Virus record (IMG/VR): IMGVR_UViG_3300032277_000044
Location: 1-32,717 of that record
Length of the DNA stretch: 32,717 nucleotides
Direction: 5' to 3' (one strand)
Origin: a virus
Lineage: Duplodnaviria > Caudoviricetes
Position numbers and translations under genes: made by a program. The notes under the pieces were generated by a model that worked only from the letters and a program-made list of their open reading frames with translations, was not told the origin of the DNA and did no database searches. Positions within the stretch are counted from its first letter, which is position 1, and each line of letters begins with the position of its first letter. Shown piece by piece: positions 9,091 to 18,573 of this stretch.

Positions 9091-12000
9091 GCATAACAAA
9101 AGATGAAGGTCGTCGAGTCTTCGCACTTGAGATCGCAGGATTGAAATATCGATATCATTCAATCAGTCCTCCTTCAAGTAGCAATCTCAACTCAAACATT
9201 GTTGCAGGCATTGCCTACAATGACAGTCAAGCGATCGTCGGTCTTGGTGCATTCAATAGTTCTATTGATCCGAATGGTGGTGTTGCTGATTATGGATCAG
9301 TATCAATTGATTTGTCGATATTGAAAAACAATCTTGAAAGTGATCCGGGGGTTGTTTTTGGTAGAATTGGAAAGAGGTCGGATAATGTCACAAGAGCCAA
9401 TCTTGAAACTGACATCACTTTTAATTCATTACCTCAAACGATCAATCTTGATTCTGATCTTTCTGCTTTGTCAGTTCCTCGACTTATGCACATAGGAGCT
9501 GAGACTTTCAAAGTGACAGCTTTTACAGCAGCCAATATGACAATCTCAAATCGTGGTGTTGGTGACAGTCAATTTCAATCACATAGGATTGATGCTCAAA
9601 CCTCATCGATTCCTTTTGTTGAAGATAAGATCACGATCTTTCGTGGAAGACGTTGCAAGTTATATGTTGCAAGTCAAGACTCGATCGGCAACGTTGGTAA
9701 TTATACTTGTGTAATCAATGGATTCATTGAGTCTTCTCCATACGTCGAAGAAGGTTCAACGATAAGTCTTTCAATCATTCCTTTGACTGCTTTACTTGAT
9801 ACTGAATTAAGTGATCAGAAAGGAGCTTCATCGTTTCTCCTTCATGATCATCATTACTTCTTCAAGAACAAGTCTGATGTCTTCGAGTTTGGATCAGCAT
9901 TCAAGAATGATTATATCCTTCAGTTGACAAATGCTGCTCAAAACTCAGTTGATAATACAAAGACTGATATTGATATCTTGTATCCAGGTATTCCCTTGCA
10001 AGACATTTATGATGCTAGCTTGTCGAACGGACAAGATGCTCAAGCCACTTTATGTCATCCAAGATATCCAATGATCATCACAACAACAGGATTGAAGATT
10101 TATCCTGTAACTTTGGCAACGGTAGGATCAACTCAAAGAGTGACTGTCACTCATGCAGTTACAGGATCGACAACACAAGCCGATTTAATTAATGCAGTAA
10201 ATGTGATTGGTGATGTTGTTGCTAAGATTGAAAATAGAGGAGAGATAAAACGCTTTCAACTTGCAAGTGATTCTCTTGAGAGTTGGCCTGCTGTCATCAA
10301 TACAGCTCTGAATAATATTACGACTCATACTGGTATTAATGGTGCATTCAGCAACTTCAAGATTAGAGGTGATCAAGTTCGTGCTGTGACTCTTGCAGAT
10401 CATCGAGCATGGACACCACATGAAGGAAGACTCCATTTCTGGTATTCATCAGCTTGGTATCGATCAAGCCCAAATTATAGGTATGCATATTGGAGAACTT
10501 CGAATCTTGAAATGAGATCAAGATTGTCGAACGGTCGAAGGGTATTTTATCCTTTAGACTTTTGGAACGATGGAACAAAACCAAACTATGCAGGGAATAG
10601 CACTCTATTAAAAACTATTGAATTCCCAAATCAAAGATCGACTTCATCATTCATCGACGTGAATATATCACCGGCTTATAAACAAGCAAATGAACCAGGT
10701 ATCCTTTGCGAGAGTTCGTTGAATCTTCCAACTTCATTGACTGCTAATGTATACTATGGAATTCAAGTTGAAACATTTGATTATGCTGAAGGTAGGTCAA
10801 AGACTTTATACTTCCAAGCGACACATGAAGAAGCATTATCAACCGGCTTCTTAATTCACTTAAGACGATTCAGAGAGAATGAGAGCCAAGGTCATTTCGG
10901 TGATTGGAACGGACAAGAGAGAACGATTGTCAAACGTGGAGTGACTGAATACTTTGTGTCACCCGGTGAGATGATGTTGAAGATCCTTCAAAGCGGTGGA
11001 GGTGGTAACAACGGAACTTATGACACACTTGGATTCGGTCTTTCAATTCATGAAGATGATATCGATGTTGATTCATTCTTGAACAATGGCAGTAGACAAA
11101 TAGAATGGTTAAGCCGTGGGTTCTCAGTTGATGACTTTAATCCTCGTGACTTCTTTGATTCATTGCTAAAATCCATTGGTTGCATTCTTATCATGAAGCG
11201 AAGTTCTTCAAGTGTTCCAAAGATTACACTTGAATCAATCGGAACTGAAGCGGAGCAATTCGTTTCAGCAATTATAAATGAAGGTGACTGGCTTACTGAT
11301 CCATCTCCTACTTGGTCGATCTATGAAGACATAGTGACACAATGCGAGATCAAATTCGATTGGGATAATGACCAGAACAAGTTCTTGGAACATGTGATCT
11401 TTAATAATCAGGAATCAATCAATCGATATGGTGGAGAGAAAAGCAAGATATCAATTGAATTGTATGGACTTAATTCCATTGATGTTGGATCGGGTGCAGG
11501 TGATGCATTCAACTACTTTCTTCCAATAGCTTCAAGAGTGTTCAATGTTTTATCTGATCCAATGAGATTATGGAACGGATCAATTGGTACAGGTAAATCC
11601 ATCTTTCTTGAAGTTGGATCATATGTGAAATGCTCCTCACCTCACCTCAAAGATCTTGGTGATTCATATGGAGTCACTGACAAGATTGGAATGATAAAGT
11701 CCATCAATCAAGAACTCATGAGTGAGGGTTGTGAACTCGAGATTGTCAGAACAGGAATCAGCGTCGTCAATTGGAACTCAACAATGAAAGTGACTTTTGT
11801 TACATCAACAACATCTCTCACAGTATCAACGAATACTTTTAGCAGTGATGACACTTCATTCTTTGCCGTTAATGATGTGGTCGACTTCCTTCCTTTTGGA
11901 AATGAAGATGCATCAATTACAGGATTGACAATTCAATCAATCGTTGGGGCCGTTGTGACATTCACTGGAGCTCATGGAGTATCAACATTGGGAACACTTG

Positions 12001-12107
12001 AACCAACAATATACACGAGTGCATCGGCTGATCATAAACAAGACGCTTATCTTGCAAGTGCTGCCGGTGTTCTTGGATCATCAGATCAAGCACAGGAGTA
12101 TGCATGA
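9087..12107 (+). CDS. Large tail tip / baseplate hub (central tail) protein
   Basis: 1006 aa, last and largest gene of the tail-tip block. The C-terminal NNQESINRYG...LEVGSYV segment resembles hub/Tal-type proteins. Confidence 0.55.
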   Translation: MSITKDEGRRVFALEIAGLKYRYHSISPPSSSNLNSNIVAGIAYNDSQAIVGLGAFNSSIDPNGGVADYGSVSIDLSILKNNLESDPGVVFGRIGKRSDNVTRANLETDITFNSLPQTINLDSDLSALSVPRLMHIGAETFKVTAFTAANMTISNRGVGDSQFQSHRIDAQTSSIPFVEDKITIFRGRRCKLYVASQDSIGNVGNYTCVINGFIESSPYVEEGSTISLSIIPLTALLDTELSDQKGASSFLLHDHHYFFKNKSDVFEFGSAFKNDYILQLTNAAQNSVDNTKTDIDILYPGIPLQDIYDASLSNGQDAQATLCHPRYPMIITTTGLKIYPVTLATVGSTQRVTVTHAVTGSTTQADLINAVNVIGDVVAKIENRGEIKRFQLASDSLESWPAVINTALNNITTHTGINGAFSNFKIRGDQVRAVTLADHRAWTPHEGRLHFWYSSAWYRSSPNYRYAYWRTSNLEMRSRLSNGRRVFYPLDFWNDGTKPNYAGNSTLLKTIEFPNQRSTSSFIDVNISPAYKQANEPGILCESSLNLPTSLTANVYYGIQVETFDYAEGRSKTLYFQATHEEALSTGFLIHLRRFRENESQGHFGDWNGQERTIVKRGVTEYFVSPGEMMLKILQSGGGGNNGTYDTLGFGLSIHEDDIDVDSFLNNGSRQIEWLSRGFSVDDFNPRDFFDSLLKSIGCILIMKRSSSSVPKITLESIGTEAEQFVSAIINEGDWLTDPSPTWSIYEDIVTQCEIKFDWDNDQNKFLEHVIFNNQESINRYGGEKSKISIELYGLNSIDVGSGAGDAFNYFLPIASRVFNVLSDPMRLWNGSIGTGKSIFLEVGSYVKCSSPHLKDLGDSYGVTDKIGMIKSINQELMSEGCELEIVRTGISVVNWNSTMKVTFVTSTTSLTVSTNTFSSDDTSFFAVNDVVDFLPFGNEDASITGLTIQSIVGAVVTFTGAHGVSTLGTLEPTIYTSASADHKQDAYLASAAGVLGSSDQAQEYA

Positions 12108-12781
12108 AAACGACGAAAGCAGAATTGAGTAAACAGATCGATAGTCTTGAAGAAGAAGTTCGAAGATTGAAACGAGATGTCAGTCATCTTCAACTTGATC
12201 TTACTCCTTTAAAGTATGTTGACAAGTCTTTTGATCACACTTCAAAACCGACTTATCATGTGAGAGAGGTCGTTCAAAGAGCTCATGATGAATGGGAATT
12301 GAACGTCACGGAACCTGGGCTCGGAGGTGACTCATCACGAATTAATCTTTATATTAAATCGAGAGAGGGTATCGGTTGGACTTGGGAAGCTGACTATACA
12401 AAGAATGGACAATTCGCTTGGTGTGGAGCTTTCGCTGCTTTTTGCTATACAAAAGTTCAGTTCAATATTAAGCAAAAGATATTTCCTTCATGCTATCGAA
12501 TGTATTCAAATTGGGGAGGTACTTCTCGTAAAGTCGCTGAAGTAATGAAGGGAGATATCGTTGTTGTTTATACATCGAGTGCAAAGACTCCCGACTATGG
12601 AAATCATATCACTATTGCTTTAAGTTCTCCTGATGATGAAGGGAACTTTGAAACAATTGAAGGTAATGCAAAAGGCGAAGGGCCAACAGGAGAGTGGAGA
12701 GAAGGAGTCATCAAGCGTCAAAGAAGTATCTTTGATGTTGCACATATTTACAGATTAAACGATGGAGACTATGATGAGTAA
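12104..12781 (+). CDS. CHAP-domain peptidoglycan hydrolase (endolysin) with an N-terminal coiled coil
   Basis: WCGAFAAFC (catalytic Cys), KGDIVV, GNHITI (His) and TIEGN motifs of CHAP amidases. Followed by a holin-like gene. Confidence 0.8.
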   Translation: MKTTKAELSKQIDSLEEEVRRLKRDVSHLQLDLTPLKYVDKSFDHTSKPTYHVREVVQRAHDEWELNVTEPGLGGDSSRINLYIKSREGIGWTWEADYTKNGQFAWCGAFAAFCYTKVQFNIKQKIFPSCYRMYSNWGGTSRKVAEVMKGDIVVVYTSSAKTPDYGNHITIALSSPDDEGNFETIEGNAKGEGPTGEWREGVIKRQRSIFDVAHIYRLNDGDYDE

Positions 12782-12965
12782 ATTAATCAAAGCATTTGGG
12801 GGTCGAAAGTCCTTCATGTTTCTTGTAACATTAATCACAGTCTGTACGTTGTCGGCATTCAACAAAGCATCAACTGAAGTCCTTGGGCTTATTGATACTT
12901 TATATCTTGTATATGCCGGATCAAACGTCGTTGCAAAAAAGAAAGAGAAAACGAATGAGCAATAA
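12774..12965 (+). CDS. Putative holin
   Basis: About 63 aa (MSKLIKAFGGRKSFMFLVTLITV...), two hydrophobic segments and a basic C-terminal tail (AKKKEK), adjacent to the lysin. GGAG spacing favours the ATG at 12774 over 12762. Confidence 0.6.
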   Translation: MSKLIKAFGGRKSFMFLVTLITVCTLSAFNKASTEVLGLIDTLYLVYAGSNVVAKKKEKTNEQ

Positions 12966-13344
12966 ATTATCAGTACAAAATCCAATCTCAGCAGGTCAAA
13001 TCATCGGAGCTTATAACGCTTCAGGTGTCATCAATACAGATTGGCACTCTTTGACAAGTGCTGACTTCTATGATCCAACTTTGGGAACTCAGCTTGATGC
13101 ATCTTTAAAGTTTGCATACTTGGGAGCCGTGTCATCAAATACAACGACTGTATCTTATATTAAATTAAGAGCTGCCGCAGGTGCCGGTGATGGTGTCACT
13201 AATAGCGATGGAGTAATACCTTTGCTTTCATCTTACTCGATTGATAGTCAAGCCCTTGCATCTTCCAACATCACTAGCATTGCATACAAGAAAGCTGACG
13301 CATCAGATTCTTTCGTGTTGTACTGTGGATTTAATCGAGGTTAA
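12955..13344 (+). CDS. Hypothetical virion-associated protein
   Basis: Likely start MSNKLSVQNP at 12955 within track ORF 12883..13344. S/A/T-rich, directly before the tail fibre. Confidence 0.5.
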   Translation: MSNKLSVQNPISAGQIIGAYNASGVINTDWHSLTSADFYDPTLGTQLDASLKFAYLGAVSSNTTTVSYIKLRAAAGAGDGVTNSDGVIPLLSSYSIDSQALASSNITSIAYKKADASDSFVLYCGFNRG

Positions 13345-13346
13345 TT

Positions 13347-15788
13347 ATGAGTATTAAATTCGAATCATTTAAAGGAACTGGCGGCGGTGCGGTGACAGGT
13401 GGACTCGTTTACAAAGGTTCATATAATGCAACTACATCAAGTCCCTCATTAGTCACAGCCAAGAAAGGTGACTTCTATATTGTGTCAGTTGCCGGAGCTT
13501 TGGCAGGTGTCACGCTTAATGTCGGTGATCACATTGTATTTAATCAAGATGCTGCCGATCCTGTCACATCAGCAATGTTTGATACAATTGATAACACTGA
13601 TGCAGTAGCAAGCGTCAACGCTCAAACAGGCGTTGTAGTTTTAAACGCTGCTAATGTTGGAGCTTTGGCAATAACATCGAATCTCAGTGATCTTAATAAT
13701 GCAGTGACAGCAAGAACCAACTTGGGACTTGGTACAGCCGCAGTCAAAGACCACGGAACGACCAACGGTGATCTTGTTATTCTCGATGCCGTGGGGCTTC
13801 CTGCGGTCGATGGTTCTCAACTAACAGGAATCACAGCGACTGACTCTAGTAAACTCGCTATTGCTAACAATCTAAGTGATCTGAATAATGCAGTGACAGC
13901 AAGAACGAATCTTGGACTCGGTACTGCAGCAGTCAAAGACCACGGAACGACGAATGGTGATCTTGTTATTCTCGATGCAACTGGACTCCCTGCCGTTGAT
14001 GGATCCCAATTAACAGGAGTCACAGGAACGGACGCAACAAAGCTCGCTATTACTAACAATCTAAGTGATCTGAATAATGCAACAACAGCAAGAACGAATC
14101 TTGGACTCGGTACTGCGGCAGTTAAGAATCATGGAACGACGAATGGTGATCTTGTGTTACTTGATGCCGTGGGTCTTCCTGCTGTAGATGGTTCTCAACT
14201 AACAGGAGTCACAGGAACGGACGCAACGAAGCTCGCTATTGCTAACAATCTAAGTGATCTGAATAACGCAGTGACAGCAAGAACGAACTTGGGTCTTGGT
14301 ACTGCGGCAGTTAAGAACCATGGAACGACGAATGGTGATCTTGTGTTACTTGATGCCGTGGGTCTTCCTGCTGTAGATGGTTCTCAACTAACAGGAATCA
14401 CAGCGACTGACTCTAGTAAACTCGCTATTGCTAACAATCTAAGCGATCTGAATAACGCAGTGACAGCAAGAACGAACTTGGGTCTTGGTACAGCGGCAGT
14501 CAAAGACCATGGAACGACGAACGGTGATCTTGTGTTACTTGATGCCGTGGGTCTTCCTGCGGTCGATGGTTCTCAACTAACAGGAATCACAGCGACTGAC
14601 TCTAGTAAACTCGCTATTGCTAACAATCTAAGCGATCTGAATAACGCAGTGACAGCAAGAACGAACTTGGGTCTTGGTACAGCGGCAGTCAAAGACCATG
14701 GAACGACGAACGGTGATCTTGTGTTACTTGATGCCGTGGGTCTTCCTGCTGTAGATGGTTCTCAACTAACAGGAATCACAGCGACTGACTCTAGTAAACT
14801 CGCTATTGCTAACAATCTAAGCGATCTGAATAACGCAGTGACAGCAAGAACGAATCTTGGTCTTGGTACAGCGGCAGTCAAAGACCACGGAACTTCAAAT
14901 GGTAATCTTGTTTTACTTGATGCGGTTGGTCTTCCTGCTGTCAATGGTTCTCAGCTCACAGGGATTACATCAACGGATGCCACAAAACTCGCTATTGCTA
15001 ACAATCTAAGTGATCTTAATAATGCAGTGACAGCGAGAACGAACTTGGGACTTGGTACTGCAGCAGTTAAGAATCACGGAACGACGAACGGTGATCTTGT
15101 ATTACTCGATGCTGTTGGACTTCCTGCCGTTAATGGTTCACAACTAACAGGACTTACAACAAATATAGTTGAAGATACATCTCCACAATTAGGCGGTTCA
15201 CTCGATGTCAATGGTCAGGACATTGTCAGCGTTTCAAATGGTGCGATTGAACTCGCTCCTGATGGCACTGGCAAAGTTACCATCAAAGGAAATGCAACAA
15301 GTGGATCAGGTCAAATTGTTTTAAACTGTGAACAAAACTCACATGGTATATCACTCAAAGGCCCTCCTCATTCAGCTGCTGCTTCTTATACTTTGACTTT
15401 TCCTAATACTGATGGGAATGCTGATCAAGTATTGAAGAGTGATGGGAGTGGTAATCTTGATTGGGTCGATCAAGCAAGCGGCGGCGGTGGTCTTACATAT
15501 CAAGCGAGAACAACGGCTTCACATAGTCCTTTAACTCCGGCGGCTGATTATCATTATTCAATCAATGCTGACAGTGCTACATTCGTTGTGAATCTTCCTG
15601 CTTTGAGTTCTTTGACAGATGGTCAACAAATCAGATTCAAATTACAAGCGAGAGGAAATGCGGCTTATGATGTGACTATTAATCGAGCAGGGAGCGACAC
15701 AATTGATGGAGCAACATCACAGACTTTAAGTGTGACATATTCCTCAATTACTCTTGTTGTTGGTTCGACAGAATGGGAGATTGTATGA
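13347..15788 (+). CDS. Tail fibre protein with tandem repeats
   Basis: N-terminal YKGSYNA...KGDFYIVSVAG domain, VASVNAQTGVV motif, 8 repeats containing NNLSDL...ARTNLGLG, then DTSPQLGGSLDVNG and YTLTFP...DQVLKSDGSGNLDW motifs common in phage fibres. Confidence 0.85.
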   Translation: MSIKFESFKGTGGGAVTGGLVYKGSYNATTSSPSLVTAKKGDFYIVSVAGALAGVTLNVGDHIVFNQDAADPVTSAMFDTIDNTDAVASVNAQTGVVVLNAANVGALAITSNLSDLNNAVTARTNLGLGTAAVKDHGTTNGDLVILDAVGLPAVDGSQLTGITATDSSKLAIANNLSDLNNAVTARTNLGLGTAAVKDHGTTNGDLVILDATGLPAVDGSQLTGVTGTDATKLAITNNLSDLNNATTARTNLGLGTAAVKNHGTTNGDLVLLDAVGLPAVDGSQLTGVTGTDATKLAIANNLSDLNNAVTARTNLGLGTAAVKNHGTTNGDLVLLDAVGLPAVDGSQLTGITATDSSKLAIANNLSDLNNAVTARTNLGLGTAAVKDHGTTNGDLVLLDAVGLPAVDGSQLTGITATDSSKLAIANNLSDLNNAVTARTNLGLGTAAVKDHGTTNGDLVLLDAVGLPAVDGSQLTGITATDSSKLAIANNLSDLNNAVTARTNLGLGTAAVKDHGTSNGNLVLLDAVGLPAVNGSQLTGITSTDATKLAIANNLSDLNNAVTARTNLGLGTAAVKNHGTTNGDLVLLDAVGLPAVNGSQLTGLTTNIVEDTSPQLGGSLDVNGQDIVSVSNGAIELAPDGTGKVTIKGNATSGSGQIVLNCEQNSHGISLKGPPHSAAASYTLTFPNTDGNADQVLKSDGSGNLDWVDQASGGGGLTYQARTTASHSPLTPAADYHYSINADSATFVVNLPALSSLTDGQQIRFKLQARGNAAYDVTINRAGSDTIDGATSQTLSVTYSSITLVVGSTEWEIV
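13665..15155 (+). repeat. Eight tandem 189-bp (63-codon) repeats within the tail fibre gene
   Basis: Units start at 13665 + n x 189 (for example 14421, 14610, 14988); the last is slightly truncated. Units 5 and 6 differ at only 2 nt. Confidence 0.95.
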
Positions 15789-16417
15789 GTCATAATAAAA
15801 TTAAAGTTGGCGGCCAAGAGCCTGACTCGAGTGGTGATATTACTTTATCGCTTGATAATTTAAGTGATGTTGATACGAGTGGAGTTTCTAATGATGAGAT
15901 TTTACAGTATTCTGGCGGAAGTTGGGGGGCGACTGCCGCTCCTGCTTCAGTCTCAAATTATATCCGAATTGGGCAAGGTGAGTCTGACTCTTACAGCAAT
16001 TCAGGAGCCAGTAATTTAAGCACCGGATCTTTTATAAGACTATATGACACAAGCCCGATTAATACAATTGCAGGGGCTTCTCTTACTAGCTCAAGCAATT
16101 GGATAAGTCTGATCACATTGCCTGCGGGAAACTACTTTATACAATCACAAGTAAGAGTAGTATTCTCTGCAAGTGGTCATTTGTTGTTTAATCTATCACA
16201 GTCTAATGGAACTAGAATATCCAATTCTGCTTTAATTGGAGATAATGCAAGCACATATATTGAGGGTGCTAGCAGTTCTCTGCAGTCGTTTGTGTCATTA
16301 AGCTCATCAACTGATTTAATGTTAAAAGTTGCGAATCCTTCTAATATAGATTCCGTTGCAAATCAAGGAACAACTATCAGCGAGTACTCATTCTTATTAA
16401 TTGTAAAAATAGGATAA
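15785..16417 (+). CDS. Putative receptor-binding / fibre-tip protein A
   Basis: Start MSHNKIKV at 15785 by ATGA overlap. LDNLSDVD...EILQYSGGSW fibre motif and a beta-rich C-terminal domain (ITLPAGNYFI). Confidence 0.6.
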   Translation: MSHNKIKVGGQEPDSSGDITLSLDNLSDVDTSGVSNDEILQYSGGSWGATAAPASVSNYIRIGQGESDSYSNSGASNLSTGSFIRLYDTSPINTIAGASLTSSSNWISLITLPAGNYFIQSQVRVVFSASGHLLFNLSQSNGTRISNSALIGDNASTYIEGASSSLQSFVSLSSSTDLMLKVANPSNIDSVANQGTTISEYSFLLIVKIG

Positions 16418-16421
16418 AATC

Positions 16422-17051
16422 ATGTCGCATAATAAAATTAAAGTAGCTAGTCAAGAGCCTAATAATAATAGTGATGTTACTATTTCTCTTGATGACTTGA
16501 GTAATACAAATATTACGAATGTTCAGAACTCTGATTTATTAAAATTTGATGATCCTAACTTTGTTAATTCAGCGCCGGCTTCAACTTTGTTTTTACATCT
16601 TGGATACTTTCAGCATTTTTTTTACACTTGGTCAGCAAGCTATACATACTTAATCAATGATTATAATATAGTAAGAGATGACTCGACAACCGGAGAAACT
16701 TACGGAGCAGCTTCTTTATTTAACAACGCAACACAAGCCAACTCGCCATTGAATAACTCCAAGTGGTCGGAATCCTATAACATTACAGCTGGTACTTACT
16801 TGTGTATTTGGTCTGCTCATTGCAGAAATGCAACGAATTGTGTTTGGCAATGGCATAATGATTCGGGTCCTTTTGGAGCTAAAACTTATGTTGATAATGC
16901 TAATAATTTTGGTGCTTTAGTAGTTGGTATATGTACAGTAACAGGCAATGATAAAGTTCGAACAGTCTTAACAAGTGCTAATGGTACAGTTTTCATCAGC
17001 AATGGAAAGACTATGAATGTTCAAGGCATTACTATAATTAAATTAAGTTAG
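16422..17051 (+). CDS. Putative receptor-binding / fibre-tip protein B (paralog of A)
   Basis: Shares the N-terminus MSHNKIKV.SQEP...DVTISLDDLS and an ITAGTY motif with protein A; otherwise divergent. Confidence 0.6.
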   Translation: MSHNKIKVASQEPNNNSDVTISLDDLSNTNITNVQNSDLLKFDDPNFVNSAPASTLFLHLGYFQHFFYTWSASYTYLINDYNIVRDDSTTGETYGAASLFNNATQANSPLNNSKWSESYNITAGTYLCIWSAHCRNATNCVWQWHNDSGPFGAKTYVDNANNFGALVVGICTVTGNDKVRTVLTSANGTVFISNGKTMNVQGITIIKLS

Positions 17052-17060
17052 GAGATTAAC

Positions 17061-17414
17061 ATGTGGATATCAGTTAAAACAAATCAAGATACTACAAAAG
17101 GTGATGTATTATCATTTGATAGTGCATCTGAAAAATGGATAAGAGCTAACGCTTTGTCAACTCCGATGGGTGTTGCGAAAGAGGATGCTAGACTGTCAGA
17201 AGATGAGACTTACTATTATGTACCGATGCAGATGCAAGGACAGATTGAAGCAAAGTCAAGTCGTGTCATTCCGAATGAAGGGGGGGAGTTAAATGTGGAG
17301 AATGGAGCAGTCTATGTTGATAATGATGCAAATCATGAAGGGATTATCTGTCCTAATTTTATTAACGCTGCTCAAAGACAAGCAGGTGAACTTATTACAG
17401 TAGTGATAAGATAA
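17061..17414 (+). CDS. Small beta-rich virion protein, possibly DUF2190/capsid-cement-like
   Basis: AGGAG RBS. The pattern KGDVL...PMGVAKEDA...VPMQMQG...AGELITVVI is reminiscent of the DUF2190 fold. Confidence 0.4.
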   Translation: MWISVKTNQDTTKGDVLSFDSASEKWIRANALSTPMGVAKEDARLSEDETYYYVPMQMQGQIEAKSSRVIPNEGGELNVENGAVYVDNDANHEGIICPNFINAAQRQAGELITVVIR

Positions 17415-17689
17415 TGACAATTAGCTCAGATACACTATTTCAAATACTTGGATTACTTGGAACGTTCGTCGCTGTAGTTTGGTATACAAGCAGTATTCTG
17501 AGTAAGATTAATCAAGATCTTTCAACATCTGCACAGCTCAACACTATACAAGAAGAGAAGATCCAGGACGCTAATAAGAAGATTAGCAATAATTATGAAG
17601 CATGCAAACAGGGACGTATTGAGATTTGGCGTGATCTAAATGATCTAAAGCTCAAAGTTGCAAAGCTTGAAGCCAAAGACAAATCATGA
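17414..17689 (+). CDS. Membrane protein (N-terminal TM + coiled coil), possible holin or lysis accessory
   Basis: Hydrophobic helix LFQILGLLGTFVAVVWY followed by a heptad-rich segment. Confidence 0.5.
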   Translation: MTISSDTLFQILGLLGTFVAVVWYTSSILSKINQDLSTSAQLNTIQEEKIQDANKKISNNYEACKQGRIEIWRDLNDLKLKVAKLEAKDKS

Positions 17690-17736
17690 TACATCTCTCA
17701 AGTCATGATATTACTGGGGAGTGATTCATGATATTC

Positions 17737-17796
17737 GAACCTGAGGCGAGTGCCTCAGTTCTTAGCTAAGCCTGAGGCGAGTGCCTCGGGTTTTTC
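17737..17796. terminator. Tandem GC-rich hairpins; intrinsic terminator between convergent genes
   Basis: CTGAGGC-GAGT-GCCTCAG (17741-17758) and CCTGAGGC-GAGT-GCCTCGGG (17771-17790) followed by TTTTT. Confidence 0.75.
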
Positions 17797-18225
17797 TTAT
17801 TTAATGATGCTGTATGTTGTCGCACCGATTGCCACTGATCCAAGTCCAATTGCAATATACTTCCATGCTTTGGATTGATACTTTACAATCTTGATCTCTT
17901 GTCGACTGTCTGCAAGATTCAATTGCAATGTTTTGATCAAGGTCTTTTGATAGTCGGGAATGCTGCCGCATGTATCATGACAGACATCAAGTTGATGTTT
18001 GCAAATAGCAATCCCATCATTAATGATTGCTTTGCACTCTCCATCATTTGATTCGATAAGTCCCTTCATCAGTATCCAGTCTCCGGGTGTTACTGCCATG
18101 AGATCCATATCGATTTGAGTATCAGCAGTCACAACGATTCCTTTAATGCGGTGATTCTCATTCAGTGATATCTCAGTAAGGATCGAAGAGAAAAGCATAA
18201 GGGGAGTAAGTAAGAAGTGGATCAT
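17797..18225 (-). CDS. Exported/membrane protein with 4 Cys, coiled coil and C-terminal TM
   Basis: Start MIHFLLTPLMLF at 18225 by ATGA overlap with the upstream gene. Hydrophobic N-terminus and C-terminal WKYIAIGLGSVAIGATTYSIIK. Confidence 0.55.
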   Translation of the reverse strand: MIHFLLTPLMLFSSILTEISLNENHRIKGIVVTADTQIDMDLMAVTPGDWILMKGLIESNDGECKAIINDGIAICKHQLDVCHDTCGSIPDYQKTLIKTLQLNLADSRQEIKIVKYQSKAWKYIAIGLGSVAIGATTYSIIK

Positions 18226-18554
18226 TGCTGACTCCCACATTTGAATTCATGCATAAGTTTTTTGTAACTTTCAATTGCGTCACTTACTTGTCGAGTGCAA
18301 ATCGGTTTACATACATCAATATGACATGATGCTTTGCATTCTGTTAAAGACTCCAAGTTATCTTTCTGCATATCAATCAAATCGTTGTGACATTGATTAA
18401 GCCAAGTAATTTCATCTTTACACAATTGCTCTTTGGGAATGAAGCCGGCTTCGACTCCCATCTGAAAAGAAATGTAACTTATTGCAACTATCAACATGAA
18501 TATTGCTATGATGATTTTATCTGATATAAGTGATAGAATGTATTTATAAATCAT
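18222..18554 (-). CDS. Membrane-anchored Cys-rich protein (7 Cys)
   Basis: Probable start MIYK at 18554 with GAGGT just upstream (track start 18593). TM IIIAIFMLIVAISYISF followed by a helical Cys-rich domain. Confidence 0.55.
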   Translation of the reverse strand: MIYKYILSLISDKIIIAIFMLIVAISYISFQMGVEAGFIPKEQLCKDEITWLNQCHNDLIDMQKDNLESLTECKASCHIDVCKPICTRQVSDAIESYKKLMHEFKCGSQQ

Positions 18555-18573
18555 AAGACCTCGTGAGTTTATC

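Noticed and set aside
463-10584. Short antisense and alternate-frame ORFs within structural genes
   Set aside because: They are fully nested in long, well-supported genes and show no recognisable motifs.
12762-12776. Holin/antiholin dual-start motif (ATG GAG ACT ATG ATG)
   Set aside because: Only the ATG at 12774 has suitable RBS spacing, and no basic residue lies between the Met codons as in lambda S.
13665-15155. Repeat array as a CRISPR array or DGR template/variable repeats
   Set aside because: The units are contiguous in-frame 189-bp coding repeats with no unique spacers, the differences are not adenine-specific, and no reverse transcriptase is present.
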